The notes under the pieces: model-generated
Told to the model about the DNA's origin: nothing
The model's database searches: none
Seen by the model: only the letters and a program-made list of their open reading frames with translations
Assembly (NCBI RefSeq): GCF_963921235.1
Contig: NC_086108.1
Coordinates: 10,726,001 to 10,790,000, forward strand
DNA from: Mobula hypostoma
Taxonomy: Eukaryota
DNA length: 64,000 bases
Direction: 5' to 3'
Program-made: the position numbers and the translations under genes
Part shown: in pieces, positions 12,516 to 25,680 of the stretch
Position numbering within the stretch: the stretch's first letter is position 1
Layout: every line of letters begins with the position of its first letter

Positions 12516-13619
12516 ATGCAAATGACAACAAGAAAGACCAGACAAAAATATAGAATATAAAAACGTAAAACTGACAGAGTCCAATTTGAATGACACTCCA
12601 ATCCATAAATGGCAGAACTTCAGTAACATCCTCCAACAGCTTCATGGGAGAGAGTGGAATGCAGAGTCTTTCCGTCGGGTAGCAGCGAGCGAGGGACCGT
12701 CACATGCAGACACATTTCACCAGGCAGCAGCCAGTGAGAGGCAGATAAACAACGCAGAACACTTGCACACCTTCTGCATTCACCTCGAGGTTTTAATTTT
12801 CCTTTAATCGGCAAGATCGATGAGAAATAGAGTCAACCATGGGCTTGCATTCCATCTCTAAGCTTCTTTGTTTTGAGGCCGCTCACCTTCTGGAATCTTC
12901 TCGGAGAGAGCAAAGTACCAGATCACTCAATTGATCTTCTGATTGTAGATCACAATACCAGAAACTCAGTTAAAATAAAAAGATGGCATAGAAGAAGTGA
13001 AATAAACGGTTTAGTGGGCCAATCAGAAGATGTGGCCTGAGGTAGCGTTACTCACTGGCGCCAACTTGGCCTGATTCTGATTGAGTATTTTTAATTATTA
13101 TTGTGTTCTTTATCTTTTTCTGTTCCTTTTTGTGCTACATTGGATCTGGAGTAACAATTCTTTCACTCTCCTTTCTACTTGTGTATAGGAAACTACATTA
13201 AACAATCTAGAGTACAGAGAACACATTCACCCTAAAAAATCCACTTTATCAGAAGTATCACTTATTCACTTCTATAATCTCCAGACCCATTGAATGAATT
13301 ACTGTAATGAACTAAAGGTCCAATTGGACTGGCCTCCGCTGTTTCTTTAATGAGGACGTGACAACTGGCGGTTACGGGTCCTGGATTTAATCAGCGGGAA
13401 GCAGCCACCCAGCTGTCTATCATTCACAGCCAACCATGAAGCCTGTTATTTAACAAAGGCTCAGTTCAGAAGTGGTTAGTTAGTGCCCAATTAAAAGGAG
13501 TTGGAGAAGAGCGCTGCTACAAACTCCCACGCAACACCAGCTCCAGAGGTTACAGCAGGAGTTCTGGGTGAACCAGATCTCATTCAATCCATGGTAGTCT
13601 GCATGTGTTGTCTGTCTTG

Positions 13620-15460
13620 TTCCGGAGGACTGGAAGATTGCAAATGTCGCTCCGCTCTTTAATCCAAGATCCTATCAACCTCTCTATTAAATATATCCAA
13701 TCACATGGCCTTTACAGCCATCTGTAGCAAAGAATTCCACAGATTCAGCACCTTCTGGCTAAAGAAATTCCTTCTCAGTTCTTTGTTCTAAATGGACATC
13801 CTTTTCTTGAGAGGCTGTGTCCTCGGGTCCTAGACTCACCTACTTCTGGAAGCATCCTCTCCTCATCTACTCTGTCTAGGTCTTTCAATATTCAATGGGT
13901 TTCAATGAAATTTCCACCCACCTCAATCTTCTAAACTTCAGCAAATACGGCCCAAAGCCATCAAATGCTTCTCGTGTTACAGACCAACGCCCTATAAAAC
14001 TCAGCATTACATCCGTGCGCTTATATTCTAGTTCTCTTGAAATTTATGCTAACATTGTATTTGGCTTCTTCACCATTGACTCAACCTGCAAATTAACCTT
14101 TAGGGAATCCTGCACAAGGACTCCCAAGTCCTTTACACCTCTAATTTTTGAATTTCCTACCCATTTAGAAAATAGGCTACTTCTTTATTTTTTCTACCAA
14201 AGTGGATGATCACAAACTTCCCAAACTGTAGTCCACCTGCCACTTCTTTGTTCATTCTCCCAATCTGTCCATGTCCTTTCACAGACACCTTTCTTCATCA
14301 TCATCACCTGCCCCTCCAACTAACTTGGTATTACCTGCAAACTTGGCCACAAAGCCAAAAATTCCATCATACAAATCACTGACATTTAGCATGAAAAGAA
14401 GCAGTCCCAAACCAAACCCCTGCGGACACCACTTGTCGCTGGCAGCCAAACAGGAAAGGCCCCCTTTATTCCGACTCTTTGCATCTTGCTAATCAGCAAT
14501 TCTATCCATGATAGTACCATGGGCTCTTATCTTGTTAAGCAGCCTCATGTGAAAATCCAAATAAACAACATCCACTGACTCTCCTCTGTCCTTTGTTGTT
14601 CCTCTCCGCACCTTGTGGTGCATCAGGTGGCACTTTGCCAGCTCTTCAGCATTCTGTCTGTTGCTTACAAGGCCGAGTGGCTGGCCCGATGCTGAACTAG
14701 GCGTGATGGAAAGTGTACCAGGAGTCAGCTGGATTCGAACCTGGGTCCACCGGCCTCGAATTCCAGTGCTGATGCCTCAGCAACACTGGCCGGTATCCTG
14801 TCTGTTATTTCCTCAAAGAATTCCAATAGATTTGTCTGACAAGACTTCCCCTTAAGATATGGGTTCCCAAATTGTTTTACGCCATGGACCCCACTATTAA
14901 CCCAGATTTGGAACCTCTGTCTTTAAGGAAACCAAGCTGAGTTTGGCCTGCTTTATCATATGCTCCTAAGTACCCCGAAACCTCATCGTGGACTCCACCA
15001 TCTTCTCAGACACCAGAGTAAGGCTAACTGGCCTACAATTTCCTTTCTTCCGCCTCCCTCCCTGAAGTTTAGAAGATTGAGGTGGGTGGAAATTTCATTG
15101 AAACCCATTGAATATTGAAAGACCTAGACAGGGTAGATGAGGAGAGGATGCTTCCAGAAGTGGGTGAGTCTAGGACCTGAGGACACAGCCTCTCAATAAA
15201 TGGATGTCCATTTAGAACAAAGAACTGAGAAGGAATTTCCTTAGTCAGAAGGTGCTGAATCTGTGGAATTCCTTGCTACAGATGGTTGTAAAGGCCATGT
15301 GATTGGATATATTTAATAGAGAGGTTGAAAGGATCTTGATTAGTAAGAGCATCAAAGGTTACTGGGAGAAGGCAGGAAATTAGGTAGTGGGGGATAATAA
15401 ATCAGCCATGTTGGTATGGCAGAGCATTCTTGATGGGCCGAGTGGCCTAATTCTGCTCTG
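13620..15460. mobile_element. Old CR1 LINE with internal inversion-duplication
   Basis: + 13620-13660, inverted block 13661-15062, + 15063-15460; about 280 bp present in both orientations. Confidence 0.8.
14595..14793 (-). mobile_element. tRNA-derived SINE (same head as the 3216 family, different tail)
   Basis: B box GGTTCGAATCC on the minus strand; shared body gatggaaagtgt...ggattcgaac. Confidence 0.6.
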
Positions 15461-16742
15461 GGACTGGATGAGATGTACCCCAGGCTACTGTGAGAGGCGA
15501 GGGAGGAGATTGCTGATCCTCTGGCAATGATCTTTGCATCATCAATGGGGACGGGAGAGGTTCCGGAGGACTTGAGGGTTGCAGATTATTCAAGAAAGGA
15601 AGTAGAGATAGCTCAGGAAATTATAGACCAGTGAGTCTTACTTCAGTGGTTGGTAAGTTGATGGAGAAGATCCTGAGAGGCAGGATTTATGAACATCAGG
15701 AGAGGTATAATATGATTAGGAATAGTCAGCATGGCTTTGTCAAAGGCAGGTTGTGCCTTACGAGCCTGATTTAATTTTTTGAGAATGTGACTAAACACAT
15801 TGATGAAGGTAGAGCAGTAGATGCAGTGTATATGGATTTCATCATGGCATTTGATAAAGTACCCCATGCAAGGCTTATAGAGAAAGTAAGGAGGCATAGG
15901 ATCCAAGGGAACATTGCTTTGTGGATCCAGAATTGGCTTGCCCACAGAAGGCAAAGAGTGGTTGTAGACAGGTCATATTCTGCATGGAGGTTGGTGACCA
16001 GTGGTGTGCCTCAGCGATCCCTACTTTTCATGATTTTTATAAGTGACCTGGATGAGGAAGTGGAGGGTAGTAAATTTGCTGATGACACAAACGTTGGGAG
16101 TGTTGTGGATAGTGTGGAGGGTTGTCAGGGGTTGTAGCGGGACATTGATAGGATGCAAAACTGGGCTGAAAAGTGGCAGATGAAGTTCAACCCAGATAAG
16201 TGTGAGGTGGTTCATTTTGGTAGGTCAAATATGATGACAGAATATAGTATTAATGGTAAGACTCTTGGCAGTGTGGAGGATGAGAAGGATCTTGGGGTCC
16301 AAATCTATAGGACACTCAAAGCTGCTGCACAGGCTGACTGTGTGGTTAAGAAGGCATATGGTGCATTGGCCTTCATCAACCATGGGATTGAGTTTAAGAG
16401 CCAAGAGGAAATGTTACAGCTATATAGGACCCTGGTTAGACCCCATTTGGAGTATTGTGCTCAGTTCTGGTCACTTCGCTATGGGAAACTATAGAAAGGG
16501 TGCAGAGGAGATTTACAAGGATGTTGCCTGGATTGGGGAGCATACCCTATGAGAATAGGTTGATTGAACTTGGCCTTTTCTCCTTGGAGCGATGGAGGAT
16601 GAGAGATGACCTGATAGAGGTGTTTAAGATGATGAGAGGCATTGATCATGTGGATAGTCAGAGGCTTTTTCCCAGGTCTGAAACAGCTAACACAAGAGGG
16701 CACAGTTTTAAAGTGCTTGGAAGTAGGTACAGAGGAGATGTC
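15461..16742 (+). mobile_element. CR1 LINE RT region, decayed
   Basis: YRPVSLTSVVGK, YMDF..AFDKVPH, SGVPQ, KFADDT, RPHLEYCAQFWS; stops and frameshifts. Confidence 0.9.
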
Positions 16743-16983
16743 TTATGGTCTAAGATATCAGATGTTAAGTCTTTCCCATGTCAAACACTTTCCCTCCTTG
16801 ATGAATGGTCTGAGCTCCTCATAGGACAGGACCAACATCAATGGAAGCTCAAATCATGCCCTGATTTTCCCCAATCAAAGTTTGGGTCAGAGGTTACAAC
16901 CCCAATGTCATTTGTGCTGGTAGATCATTCTGTGCGTGTGCATGAGTACCACGCAGGGATTACACTCGCTGCTTCAGAAATTT

Positions 16984-17290
16984 GGGGTGGTACAGTAGTG
17001 CCGCGATTAGCACAGTGCTTTACAGTACTGGCGACCTGGGTTCAATTCCCACCACTATCTCTTAGAAGCCTTATGTTCTCCACTTGGTCACGTGGATTTC
17101 CTCCTGGTGCTCTGGTTTCCACCCACGTGTGAAAGGCATATGGGTTAGTAGGCCACATGGCTGCAATCGGGCAGCATTGGCTCAGGGGTGTAATAGGGCA
17201 ATGTGACACACGGGTGTAATTGAACAACATGGGGTGGAAGATTCTGCTACCATGTTGTATCTCTAAATAAAATAAAATTAATTAAATAAA
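16984..17290 (+). mobile_element. V-SINE (HE1-like) copy
   Basis: tRNA head (gggttcaattccc), V-domain (tgttctcc..cgtgg.tttcctcc.ggtgctc.ggtttcc), AT-rich tail. Confidence 0.7.
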
Positions 17291-17689
17291 AGGTAATATG
17301 CTGGTGGTCTCTGGGCAGGTATTTGAACGCTGCCATTGATCTGTATGCAACATTAATCATAGTCATTGCCTGGTGCCCTGAACAAAGTTGCTCTTGATCT
17401 GTTGACAGGAGATGAGATCCATGCTGGGTATGTCCATGGCAGTGTATTAGTTGTGAATATTGAGAGATCCGTAGCGATCTGGTTGCATCACCAGCTCTCT
17501 GAGAAGACACACTGTGAAATCATGCATACCACAAGTGAGCTGAAGGCCACCCAATTCATGTCAGGTTCTTTAAACACTCCTCCCATCAGTCCCAATCTCC
17601 CATCAGCCCCAATTACACATCAGCCAAATCTTCCATCTTCCTCAATTCTCATCGGTCCCAGTCCCCGTCAGACCCAATCTCCCGTCACC

Positions 17690-18207
17690 TGTCAGGGCAC
17701 TGGAGCAGGGATCCAATCGCAGACCTAATACTGTGCACACAGTGACATTAACTGAGTAACAAATCCCAAACAAATAAAGTCGGTGTCAACGTTCAGGCAG
17801 AAATCAAAACATTCAGGGAAATCCAAATACCAGAATCAGGAAACAGGCAGAGTCATTATTCAGATGGACATAGTACAGATACAAATGCTGGAGAGGCTCA
17901 GGAAAACTCACTGGCACAATCTGGCAACAAACAGGTGAAAACACAGCACTAAAATTCACTGAGCAGTAAACAGAGAGGCAGATGATAGGTGGAGAACAAT
18001 GAAACAGAAGTGGCAGCAAAACAAGTAATAATAAGGAACAGATGAGAGGTGGAGTACTCAGTAATACAGGGGCCAGAGTAGAGCAGGAGTGAGGACAGGA
18101 GAACATGGGGCATGAAAACAAACAAGAGCACATGGCAATACAAAACACACACTGACGGCTAGGGGGAAAATGCACAAAAAGTCAAAGTTCAACTGGAGGT
18201 ACTGACA
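17690..18207 (-). mobile_element. Solo LTR (Gypsy-like, 518 bp)
   Basis: TGTCA...TGACA termini; perfect 5-bp TSD tcacc at 17685-17689 and 18208-18212; inserted in a degenerate ~17-bp minisatellite (ctcccatcagccccaat). Confidence 0.8.
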
Positions 18208-19024
18208 TCACCCCAATCTCCCATCAGCCCCAATCACTCAGCACCCCCAATCCCCCTGCAGCACCAGTCAAGCTGAGCTTCAAATTCTCCATAAGGTTCT
18301 TCGATGTTATTGTTCCATGGCTTTCAGGTGTCTACTGTAGGTGGTCCATGATTCAGCTCCATTCAGTAATGAAGGAAGGAAAACTTCTCTCTTGATACAT
18401 TGGGGAATTTTTCAGAGTGTGCTGTGATGCTGTTGTCATCTGTTATGTTATAGTAATGGTGCTGACCTTGTTATTGGCTTTGAACTGGTTCTGACTTTGT
18501 TCTTGGCCTTGAATCCCAGTGTCCAATTACACCTTCCTTTCACCTTCTCTGCCCTGAGAGGAAGCTGCAGTTACTCTGTCTCTCCAGAGAACCACAATGG
18601 CAAGTCCATCCTGGGAATTAAAGATGCTCCTTCACACATGTCTGCGCTGGCCAGATTTCTAATCTATTCCAATTACATTTGCCGATGTTTGACCCATATC
18701 CTTTTAGACCTTTCCTAACCATGTATCTGTCCGAATGCTTTTGGAATCCTATGATTGGATCCACCTTTACCATCTCCACCAACAGCTTGTCCCTGGTCCA
18801 GCCACCCTGTGTGTGTGTGAAACAGTTAAGTATTTACCCTCTCACGTTGAACCCATGTCCTTGTTTTAGGCTCCTCTCCCTGGGAAAGCTGCTGTGACCA
18901 TCTTCCTTTTCTCTGCCACTCCTTATTTTAATAACCCCCTATCAAGTCATTCCCCTTGTCCAGCTGCAGGGACAAATCCAGCCTTTCCAATCGCTACTGG
19001 TAACTACAGCCCTGGGTCTCTCCA

Positions 19025-20250
19025 CTGTCTGTTTCTCTGCTGGCCTTTAGAGCAGCAATGAAGGTCCACCATCTCTGGTGGTGTTCATGGATTCCTCCTT
19101 CATGTTAGTAGCTCAGTTTTCACTGCTCTAGTCATGCAAGTCCATAAGACCATAAGACGTAGGAGCAAAATTAGGCCATTCAGCCGATTGAGTCTGCTGC
19201 ACCATTCCACCATGGCTGATCCTGGATCCTACTCAACCCCACACACCTGCCTTCTCGCTATCTCCTTTGATGCCCTGACCAATCAGGAAATGATCAACTT
19301 CCGCCTTAAATATACCCACAGACTTGACCTCCTCTGCAGTCTGTGGCAGAGCATTCCACAGATTTACTACTCTCTGGCTAGAATAATTCCTCCTTACCTC
19401 TGTTCTAAAGGGTCGCCCCTCAATTTTGAGGCTGTGCCCTCTAGTTCTGGATACTGTCACCATAGGAAAGATCCTCTCCACATCCACCCTACCTAGTCCT
19501 TCCAATATTCGGTACCTTTCAATGAGATCCCCCCACATTCTTCTAAATTCTAGTGAGTACAGGCCCAAAGCTGCCAAATGCTCCTCATAAGTTAACCCCT
19601 TCATTCCTGGAATCATCCTCTTGAACGCTGGACTCTCTCTAGTGACAACACATCCTTTCTGAGATACGAGGCCCAAAACTGTTGACAATTCTCTAAGTGT
19701 GGCCTGACTAGTGTCCCCTTATAAAGGCTCAGCATTATCTCCTTGTTTTTATTTTCTATTCTCTTTGAAATAAATGCCAACATTACATTTGCCTTCTTTA
19801 CTGAAGACTCAACCTGTAAATTAACCTTCCGGGGGTCTTGCACAAAGTCCCTCTGCACCTGTGATCTTTGAACCTCCCCATTTAGATAATAGTCTGCACT
19901 ATCGTTCCTTTCACCAAAATGCATCATTTTTCATTATCATTATCATTCCCGAGTCTCCCTGGTGGAGATTCAGGAATACCGTCACACTCAGATGCAGAAG
20001 GATTCTTCATTGCTGTTTCCATAACAATTTTGTTTGACCAGTCAGGGTTGTTAGCCCTGAGCTGAACCCCCGAACCTGGAGGACCGGTGGACCACTCTTA
20101 GTCTGACCTCTACCCTTTGGCCTGTTTGGCATAGCTGACCCTACCAAGAGCCAAAGCATAAAGCCCTGACTCCAGTCAACACAGCTCTCTGGTCACTGAG
20201 GCACACAAGCCTACAAACCACAACAACATTATGGTCCTCTTGGAGGACAG
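19025..20250 (-). mobile_element. RTE-clade (Rex3/Expander-like) non-autonomous element split by a CR1
   Basis: Tail about 19025-19140; 5'UTR-like part about 19940-20250 (cttggtagggtca...caaacagg..aaagggtagagg.cagactaagag). Confidence 0.5.
19143..19930 (-). mobile_element. CR1 LINE 3' fragment
   Basis: VKKANVMLAFI, RPHLENCQQFW, LGLYSLEFRRM.GDLIE, TRGHSLKI. Confidence 0.9.
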
Positions 20251-20935
20251 CCGTGCTTTGCAGGCGACACTTTGGTGGGTCCCTTCTGCCCCAAACCTGG
20301 AAACAGCTCAGTTCAGTTCCATCTCAACCTCGCCTGTGGGAATCCCCCTGCTCCACCAGCCCCAATTTCTATGGCGCTTTCAGATGCACCTTTAGAGGTT
20401 TTGCTCCAGGTTGTTTTTGCTTACTGCTGTGTTCCTGAGATTATCTTTTATTTTCGGGGGCTGGTAATTGGGAGAAACCAACTCTGAGATGTTAGTCTCG
20501 ACCTGGTTTGATTTTCTTTCTCTGTCATTCATTCTTTGGGTTTTTCTTCGGTTCTGTGGATGTCTGTAAAGAGTAAGAATTTCAGGTTGCATACTGTATA
20601 CATTCTCTGATATTAAATGGAACCATTGAACCATTGAAATTCTTCCTCACCTACTTAATTGGGTTAGTAGAACAGTTGATTAACAGGTAAGTCTTTTCAC
20701 ATGAGGACAGTGTGCTCAGAGGCACCACTTTACCCATGATGTCTGTACACTTCCTAGTTAATGTTGTACTAGCCCTCATCTCCACAAACACACACTATTC
20801 CTGAGCTAGGAGTAATTATATATTCTCGTGAACATTACCAATGACAAAGTAAATTAAACAATCCACTGGGATTGGTTTTCTTTGCTGTAAGGTGATTCAG
20901 TTAACTTTTTTTCCTGGAAATTGGAAGTTACTGGT

Positions 20936-20938
<3 letters not shown>

Positions 20939-20988
<50 letters not shown>

Positions 20989-21030
20989 ATCTCTCTCTCC
21001 GTCTCTTTTTCTCGCTCTCTCTCTCTCTCA
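20939..21030. repeat. (GT)n microsatellite (about 24 units) followed by an imperfect (CT)n
   Basis: Directly visible. Confidence 0.95.
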
Positions 21031-21075
21031 ATAAATAAACAAATTATAAATTATAAATGTATCTACATTTATGTA

Positions 21076-22589
21076 CGTTGCCTATAAAAAGTTTTCACAA
21101 CACCCTTGGAAGTTTTCATGTTTTATTGTTTTAGAACATTGAATCACAGTGGATTTAATTTGGCTTTTTTGACACTGATCAACAGAAAAAAAAAACTCTT
21201 TTGTGTTATAGCGAAAACAGCTCTCTGCAAAGTGATCTATATTAATTACAAATATAAAACACAAAATAATTGATTGCATAATATGATACATCAGATCATT
21301 ACTGGTACAGCCAATTGGTTTTAGAGGTCATATAATTAGTTAAATGGAGATCTGTGTGCAGTCAAGGTGTTTCAGTTGATTGTAGTAAAAATACACCTCT
21401 AACTGGAAGGTCCAACTGCTGGTGAGTCGGTGTCCTGGCAAAAATGACACCTTGAAGACAAAAGAATGCTTCAAGCAATTCCGTGAAGAGGCTATTGAAA
21501 GCACAAGTCAGGAGATGGATACAAGAACATTTCCAAGTCATCTTGGAGTACCTTGAAGTCAATCATCAAAAAATAGGAAGAATATGGCCCAGCTGTAAAT
21601 CTGCCTAGAGCTGGCCGTCCTCAAAAACCGAGTGACCGTGCAAGAAAGGGACTAGTGAAGGAGGCCACCAAGAGACCTGTGACAACTCTGGAGGAGTTAC
21701 AAGCTTCAGAGGCTGAAATGGGAGAGACTGCATACATTTGTTGCCTGGGTACTTCATTAGTCCTAGCTTTGTGGGACAGTGGCAAAGAGAAAGCCACCGT
21801 TGAAAAAATCTCACATGAAATCTCAGCTGAAGTTTGCCAGAAGACATGCAGGAGACTCTGAAGTCAGCTGGAAGAAGGTCCTTTAGTCTGATGAAACCAA
21901 AATTGAGCTCTTTGGCCTTCAGACTAAATGCTATGTTTGGCATAAGCCAAACACCACACGTCATCAAAAACATGCCATCTCTACCATGAAGCATGGTGGT
22001 GGCTGCATCTTGCTGTGGGGATGCTTCACTGCAGCAGGCCCTGGAAGGCTTGTGAAGGTAGAGGGTAAAATGAATGTAGCAAGATATGGGGAAAGCCTGG
22101 AGGAAAACCTGATGCAGTCTGCAAGAGAATTGTGACTTGGGAGAAGCTTTGTTTCCAGCAAGACAATGGCCCCAAGCATAAAGCCAAAGTTACACAGGAA
22201 TGGCTTAAAAACAAGAAAGTTAATGTCCTGGAGTAGTCAAGTCAGAGTCCAGACCTCAATCCAATTTAGAATTTGTGGCTGGACTTGAAAAGGGCTGTTC
22301 ACTCATGATCCCCATACAATCTGACAGAGCTTGAGCAGTTTTATAAAGAAGAATGGGGAAAAACTGCAGTGTCCAGTCTGCCTATCCACACAGACTCAAG
22401 GCTATAATTGTTCCCAAAGGTGCGTCTACTAAATACTGACTTGAAGGGGGTGAGTAATTATGCAGCCAATTATTTGGTGTTTAATAATTGTAATAAATTT
22501 GGACGAGTTTGTAGAAATTTGTTTTCACTTTGACACAAAAGAGTCTTTTCTGTTGATCAGAGTGTAAAAACCAAATTAAATGCACTGTG
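21076..22589 (+). mobile_element. Tc1-family DNA transposon with long TIRs; transposase pseudogene
   Basis: SDETKIELFG, HGGGCILLWGCF, QDNGPKH, SPDLNPI* (E replaced by a stop); 21144-21281 is inverted at about 22455-22589; right TIR lacks its outer part. Confidence 0.9.
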
Positions 22590-23124
22590 GTGTATGTGCA
22601 CACAATGTGTGTGTTGTGTGTGTTTCTGTATGCTGTCTGCTGTCTGTGTGCATGAACAAAATCCACAGCGATGTCTCTGCACTCTTGCTGATCGCGGCTG
22701 TCGGTGTCTCCCGGTTCCAGTCCACCCTCCCCTTTGTGCTCAGGTGCCGGGCTTTACCCTGATCTGTACACCTGTCCAACTACTCCATCTGACCAGTCCT
22801 CAGATCCCCTGCTCCTAGTAACGATGGGTTGGACATTAATCCTGGGAAGACTCTCAAAATGATCCCGTGGCAGACAATTCATGGTTGTTGCAGGTGTCCT
22901 TAGAGGATAGGGAGAGAGGCTGTAGGAGCAAGTTCTCTTTGTTCCCTGGAAGAGAACTAATTGTAAGGAGGCAGAAGACTTGATTGAGAGTGAAGAGATG
23001 ACAGTAGTGACAGAGTCTGGGACCGGAGCAGAGTCTACAAGGGTAGCCAGAGCTTCAGCTGGAAACACTTCTACAGCCCGGAGTGATTTGGAGCAGAAAT
23101 AGGCCTCACCCAGGACAGTTCTAA

Positions 23125-23590
23125 CTCTAAGTTAGATTCAAAAAATTCAAAGTAAATATACTGTATTATCGAAGTACTTATTTGTCATTATATACAACTC
23201 TGAGATTCCATTTTCTGCAGGCATTCACAGTAAATACAATTAAAACAAAAAAAACAAAATAATAATAAATAAATAAGCAATCAATATTGAGAACATGAAA
23301 TGAAGAGTCCTTGAAAGTGAGTACCCAGCAGTGGTCCCAACTCAGGGTCCACAGATTCCTCGGTTATTAGTCGGGGTCCATGGCATAAAAAAGGTTGGAA
23401 AGCCCTGGTCTACAGGTTGTGGGAACAGTTCAGTGATGGGGTGAGTGAGCCTGGTGTTTGAGAGGTAATAACTGTTCCTGAACCTGGTGGTGTGAATGTT
23501 GATGCTCCTGTACCTTCTTCCTGATGGCAGCAGTGAGAAGAGAGCATGTCCTGGGCAGTGGGGGTCCCTGATGATGGATGTTGCTTTCCT
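23125..23590 (-). mobile_element. Rex-Babar 3' fragment
   Basis: SIIRDPH.PGHALFSLLPSGRRYRS..HTTRFRNSYY. Confidence 0.75.
23329..23407. mobile_element. ~80-bp hAT/Charlie-type MITE
   Basis: TIRs cagtggtcccaac / gttggaaagccctg; family copies near 14860, 23870, 30590 and 30775. Confidence 0.7.
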
Positions 23591-23619
23591 GTATCAGTGA
23601 TGGTGTAAACATGCTCAGT

Positions 23620-24206
23620 CTAAGGGTTCGTGGTCTTCTGCTGCTGTAGCCCATCCACTTCAAGGTCCGAAGTGTTGAGCATTCAGAGATGCTGTTCTGC
23701 ACACCACTGTTGTAACACCGGGTTACTTGAGTTACTGTTACCCTCTTGTTAGCTCGAACCATTCTGCCATTCTCCTCTCACCTCCCTCATTAACAAGACG
23801 TTTTCATCCACAAAACTGATGCTTAATAGATTTTTTAAAAGTTCACAGCATTCTCTGTAAACTTTTAAGTGGGGGTTCCCAACCTGTTTGATGTCATGGA
23901 GCCTTACAATTAACCGAGGGGTCTGTGGATCTGAGGTTGGGGGCCCCCGCTTTAGAGACTGTTATTTGTGAAAACCCCCAGTAGTTCTACAGTTTCTGAG
24001 ATACTCAAACCACCCCATCTGGCACCAACAATTATTCCATGGTTAAAGTCACTTGGATCACATTTCTTCCCCATCCTGATGTTTGGTCTGAACAACAACT
24101 GAACCTCTGGACCATGTCTGCATGCATTTATGCATTGAGTTGCTGCCATGTGATTGGCTGATTAGGTATTGGCATTAACGAGCAGGTTACAGGTGTACCG
24201 AATAAA
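23620..24206 (-). mobile_element. Internally deleted Tc1-like transposon (second family)
   Basis: MGKKCD.SDF..G.IVGAR.GGLSISET..LLG and TVTQVT.CYNSGVQ.SISE..LRTLKWMGYSSRRP (HTH region). Confidence 0.8.
23870..23949. mobile_element. hAT/Charlie MITE nested in the Tc1-like element
   Basis: TIRs ggggttcccaacc / ggttgggggcccc; degenerate 8-bp TSD cttttaag / ctttagag. Confidence 0.75.
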
Positions 24207-24369
24207 ATCAAATCTACACTCTAATCAAACAGCCCCTTGATAGTGACACATCTTTCCAAAATCAGAATCAGGTTATTATCACTGGCATGTGTCAGGAAAT
24301 CTGTTGTTTTGCGGCAGCAGTACAATGCAATAAATAATTACAAGCAATTGTAAATTACAGTGAGTTATA

Positions 24370-25497
24370 CGTAACCCCTAGGTTCGGCCAGCTTGCGTTT
24401 GTCTAGAGTAAGACAGCCTTTGGCTGCCAAACTGAGAAACCTCGTTTGTGTGGATGTTGCATGATGTGTTGCCCAGTTACAAATCTGAACCACAAAACAT
24501 CAGACAGTATACCGCATGCAATTAAACGATTGAACTTTATAAATCTTGATCGGACTATAGGGTTAGTAAAGAAAATAAAACGAAAAAGGGCCCATTTTAA
24601 TGAAACAGTCTAAGGTGCACGTTGGAGGTCACAGAATCATCCATTAGTCCCCCATTGACCTCCTCCGAGCGTCGCTGACCGTCGGACCCTCGTTCCGAGT
24701 CCACTCCGTCCAGCGGTCCACCAACTCTTTCTATTCGTGTTTTCTCTCTTCATCTCTCACCGACACATGACCGCGAAATCCCTGCTCCCAGACCCACAAG
24801 AAAGAACAACATGCCTCTCATTGGCTAGCAGACATTCCAAAGGTCCCGTTATCTCTAGTCATAACCCAAACTTTGCTGCTACAGAGAAACTATTACCTTA
24901 GCAGCGAAACATTACAGAGAGGCCATTACATTAGCAGTGAACCCTTACAGCGTGTTACACTCTCCACCCACCAAATTTAGTCATGTCCTCATGATGTTGA
25001 GATAATTCGGCAACCCTTCCTGCAAAACACAAAGCCTAATCCAGGTGTAAAAGGCAGTGACATAGCACCACAAAACAGTAGGGGTCACACTCTGTTCCCC
25101 TGGTGCTACGTAGGCCAGCCTATCCAGTGGTCTCCTAATTCTCTGAGACCTCCATACCCCCTAACCTAACTCTTCAGGTTCAGACACTATTGGGGAGACT
25201 GCTGGTCTACCTGGCGAGACCTCCCCCGGCCCACATGCCCGCCTGCAACTTGGACCCCTCTTTCCCGTGGCCAAGCCTCGCTTCAGCCTTTGCAGGGTCC
25301 CACTGCAACCCAGGCTGTCCCCCGCTTCACCTGACTCGGCGGGAGAAGGGCTTCCTCAATCCATGGGGAGTTAGCAAAAGGCAGCATATACCACACATCC
25401 AGGTCCTCATCCTCCGAATCAATATCCCTCTTAGGGGTGGGGGCCAGCCTAACCTCTCCTGCTGTGGGCCTTGCAGCCTCCTCGATTTTGGCCACTG
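24370..25497 (-). mobile_element. Gypsy LTR retrotransposon remnant: pol 3' end + PPT + 3' LTR (24370-24959)
   Basis: Minus strand: ..RSQRIRRPLDRLAYVAP (pol C-terminus), purine tract ggtgggtggagag abutting TGTAAC; LTR has (c/t)gtaac...gttaca ends. Confidence 0.75.
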
Positions 25498-25680
25498 CCT
25501 GTAAGGCGTTTGTACCTTCTCTCTGGACCGTGTGGGTTTCCTCCGGATTTTCTGGTTTCCAAAGACATACCGGTTGGTAGGTTAACCGATCATTGTAAAT
25601 TGTCCTGGATTAAATGGGGGGGATTGCTGGTCAGTGTGGCTCAAAGGGCTGGAAGGGCCTACTACATGTTGAATCTCACC
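25498..25680 (+). mobile_element. V-SINE (HE1-like) fragment
   Basis: V-domain gtgggtttcctccg and ccaaagacataccggttggtagg. Confidence 0.65.

Larger units (their letters stand above)
11066..13070 (-). mobile_element. Non-autonomous retroelement with Rex-Babar-like tail, containing an internal tandem array and a nested CR1
   Basis: Tail (ttcaaagttcaaa..tttattatgaaagtatg..acaaccctga) split by the CR1; 5' end caagttggcgcc on the minus strand. Confidence 0.45.

Noticed and set aside
16455..17132. 225-aa ORF
   Set aside because: Chance read-through from a CR1 fragment into flanking sequence and a SINE
22885..23103. Coding-looking purine-rich stretch after a CAG
   Set aside because: In-frame stop and no recognisable protein similarity
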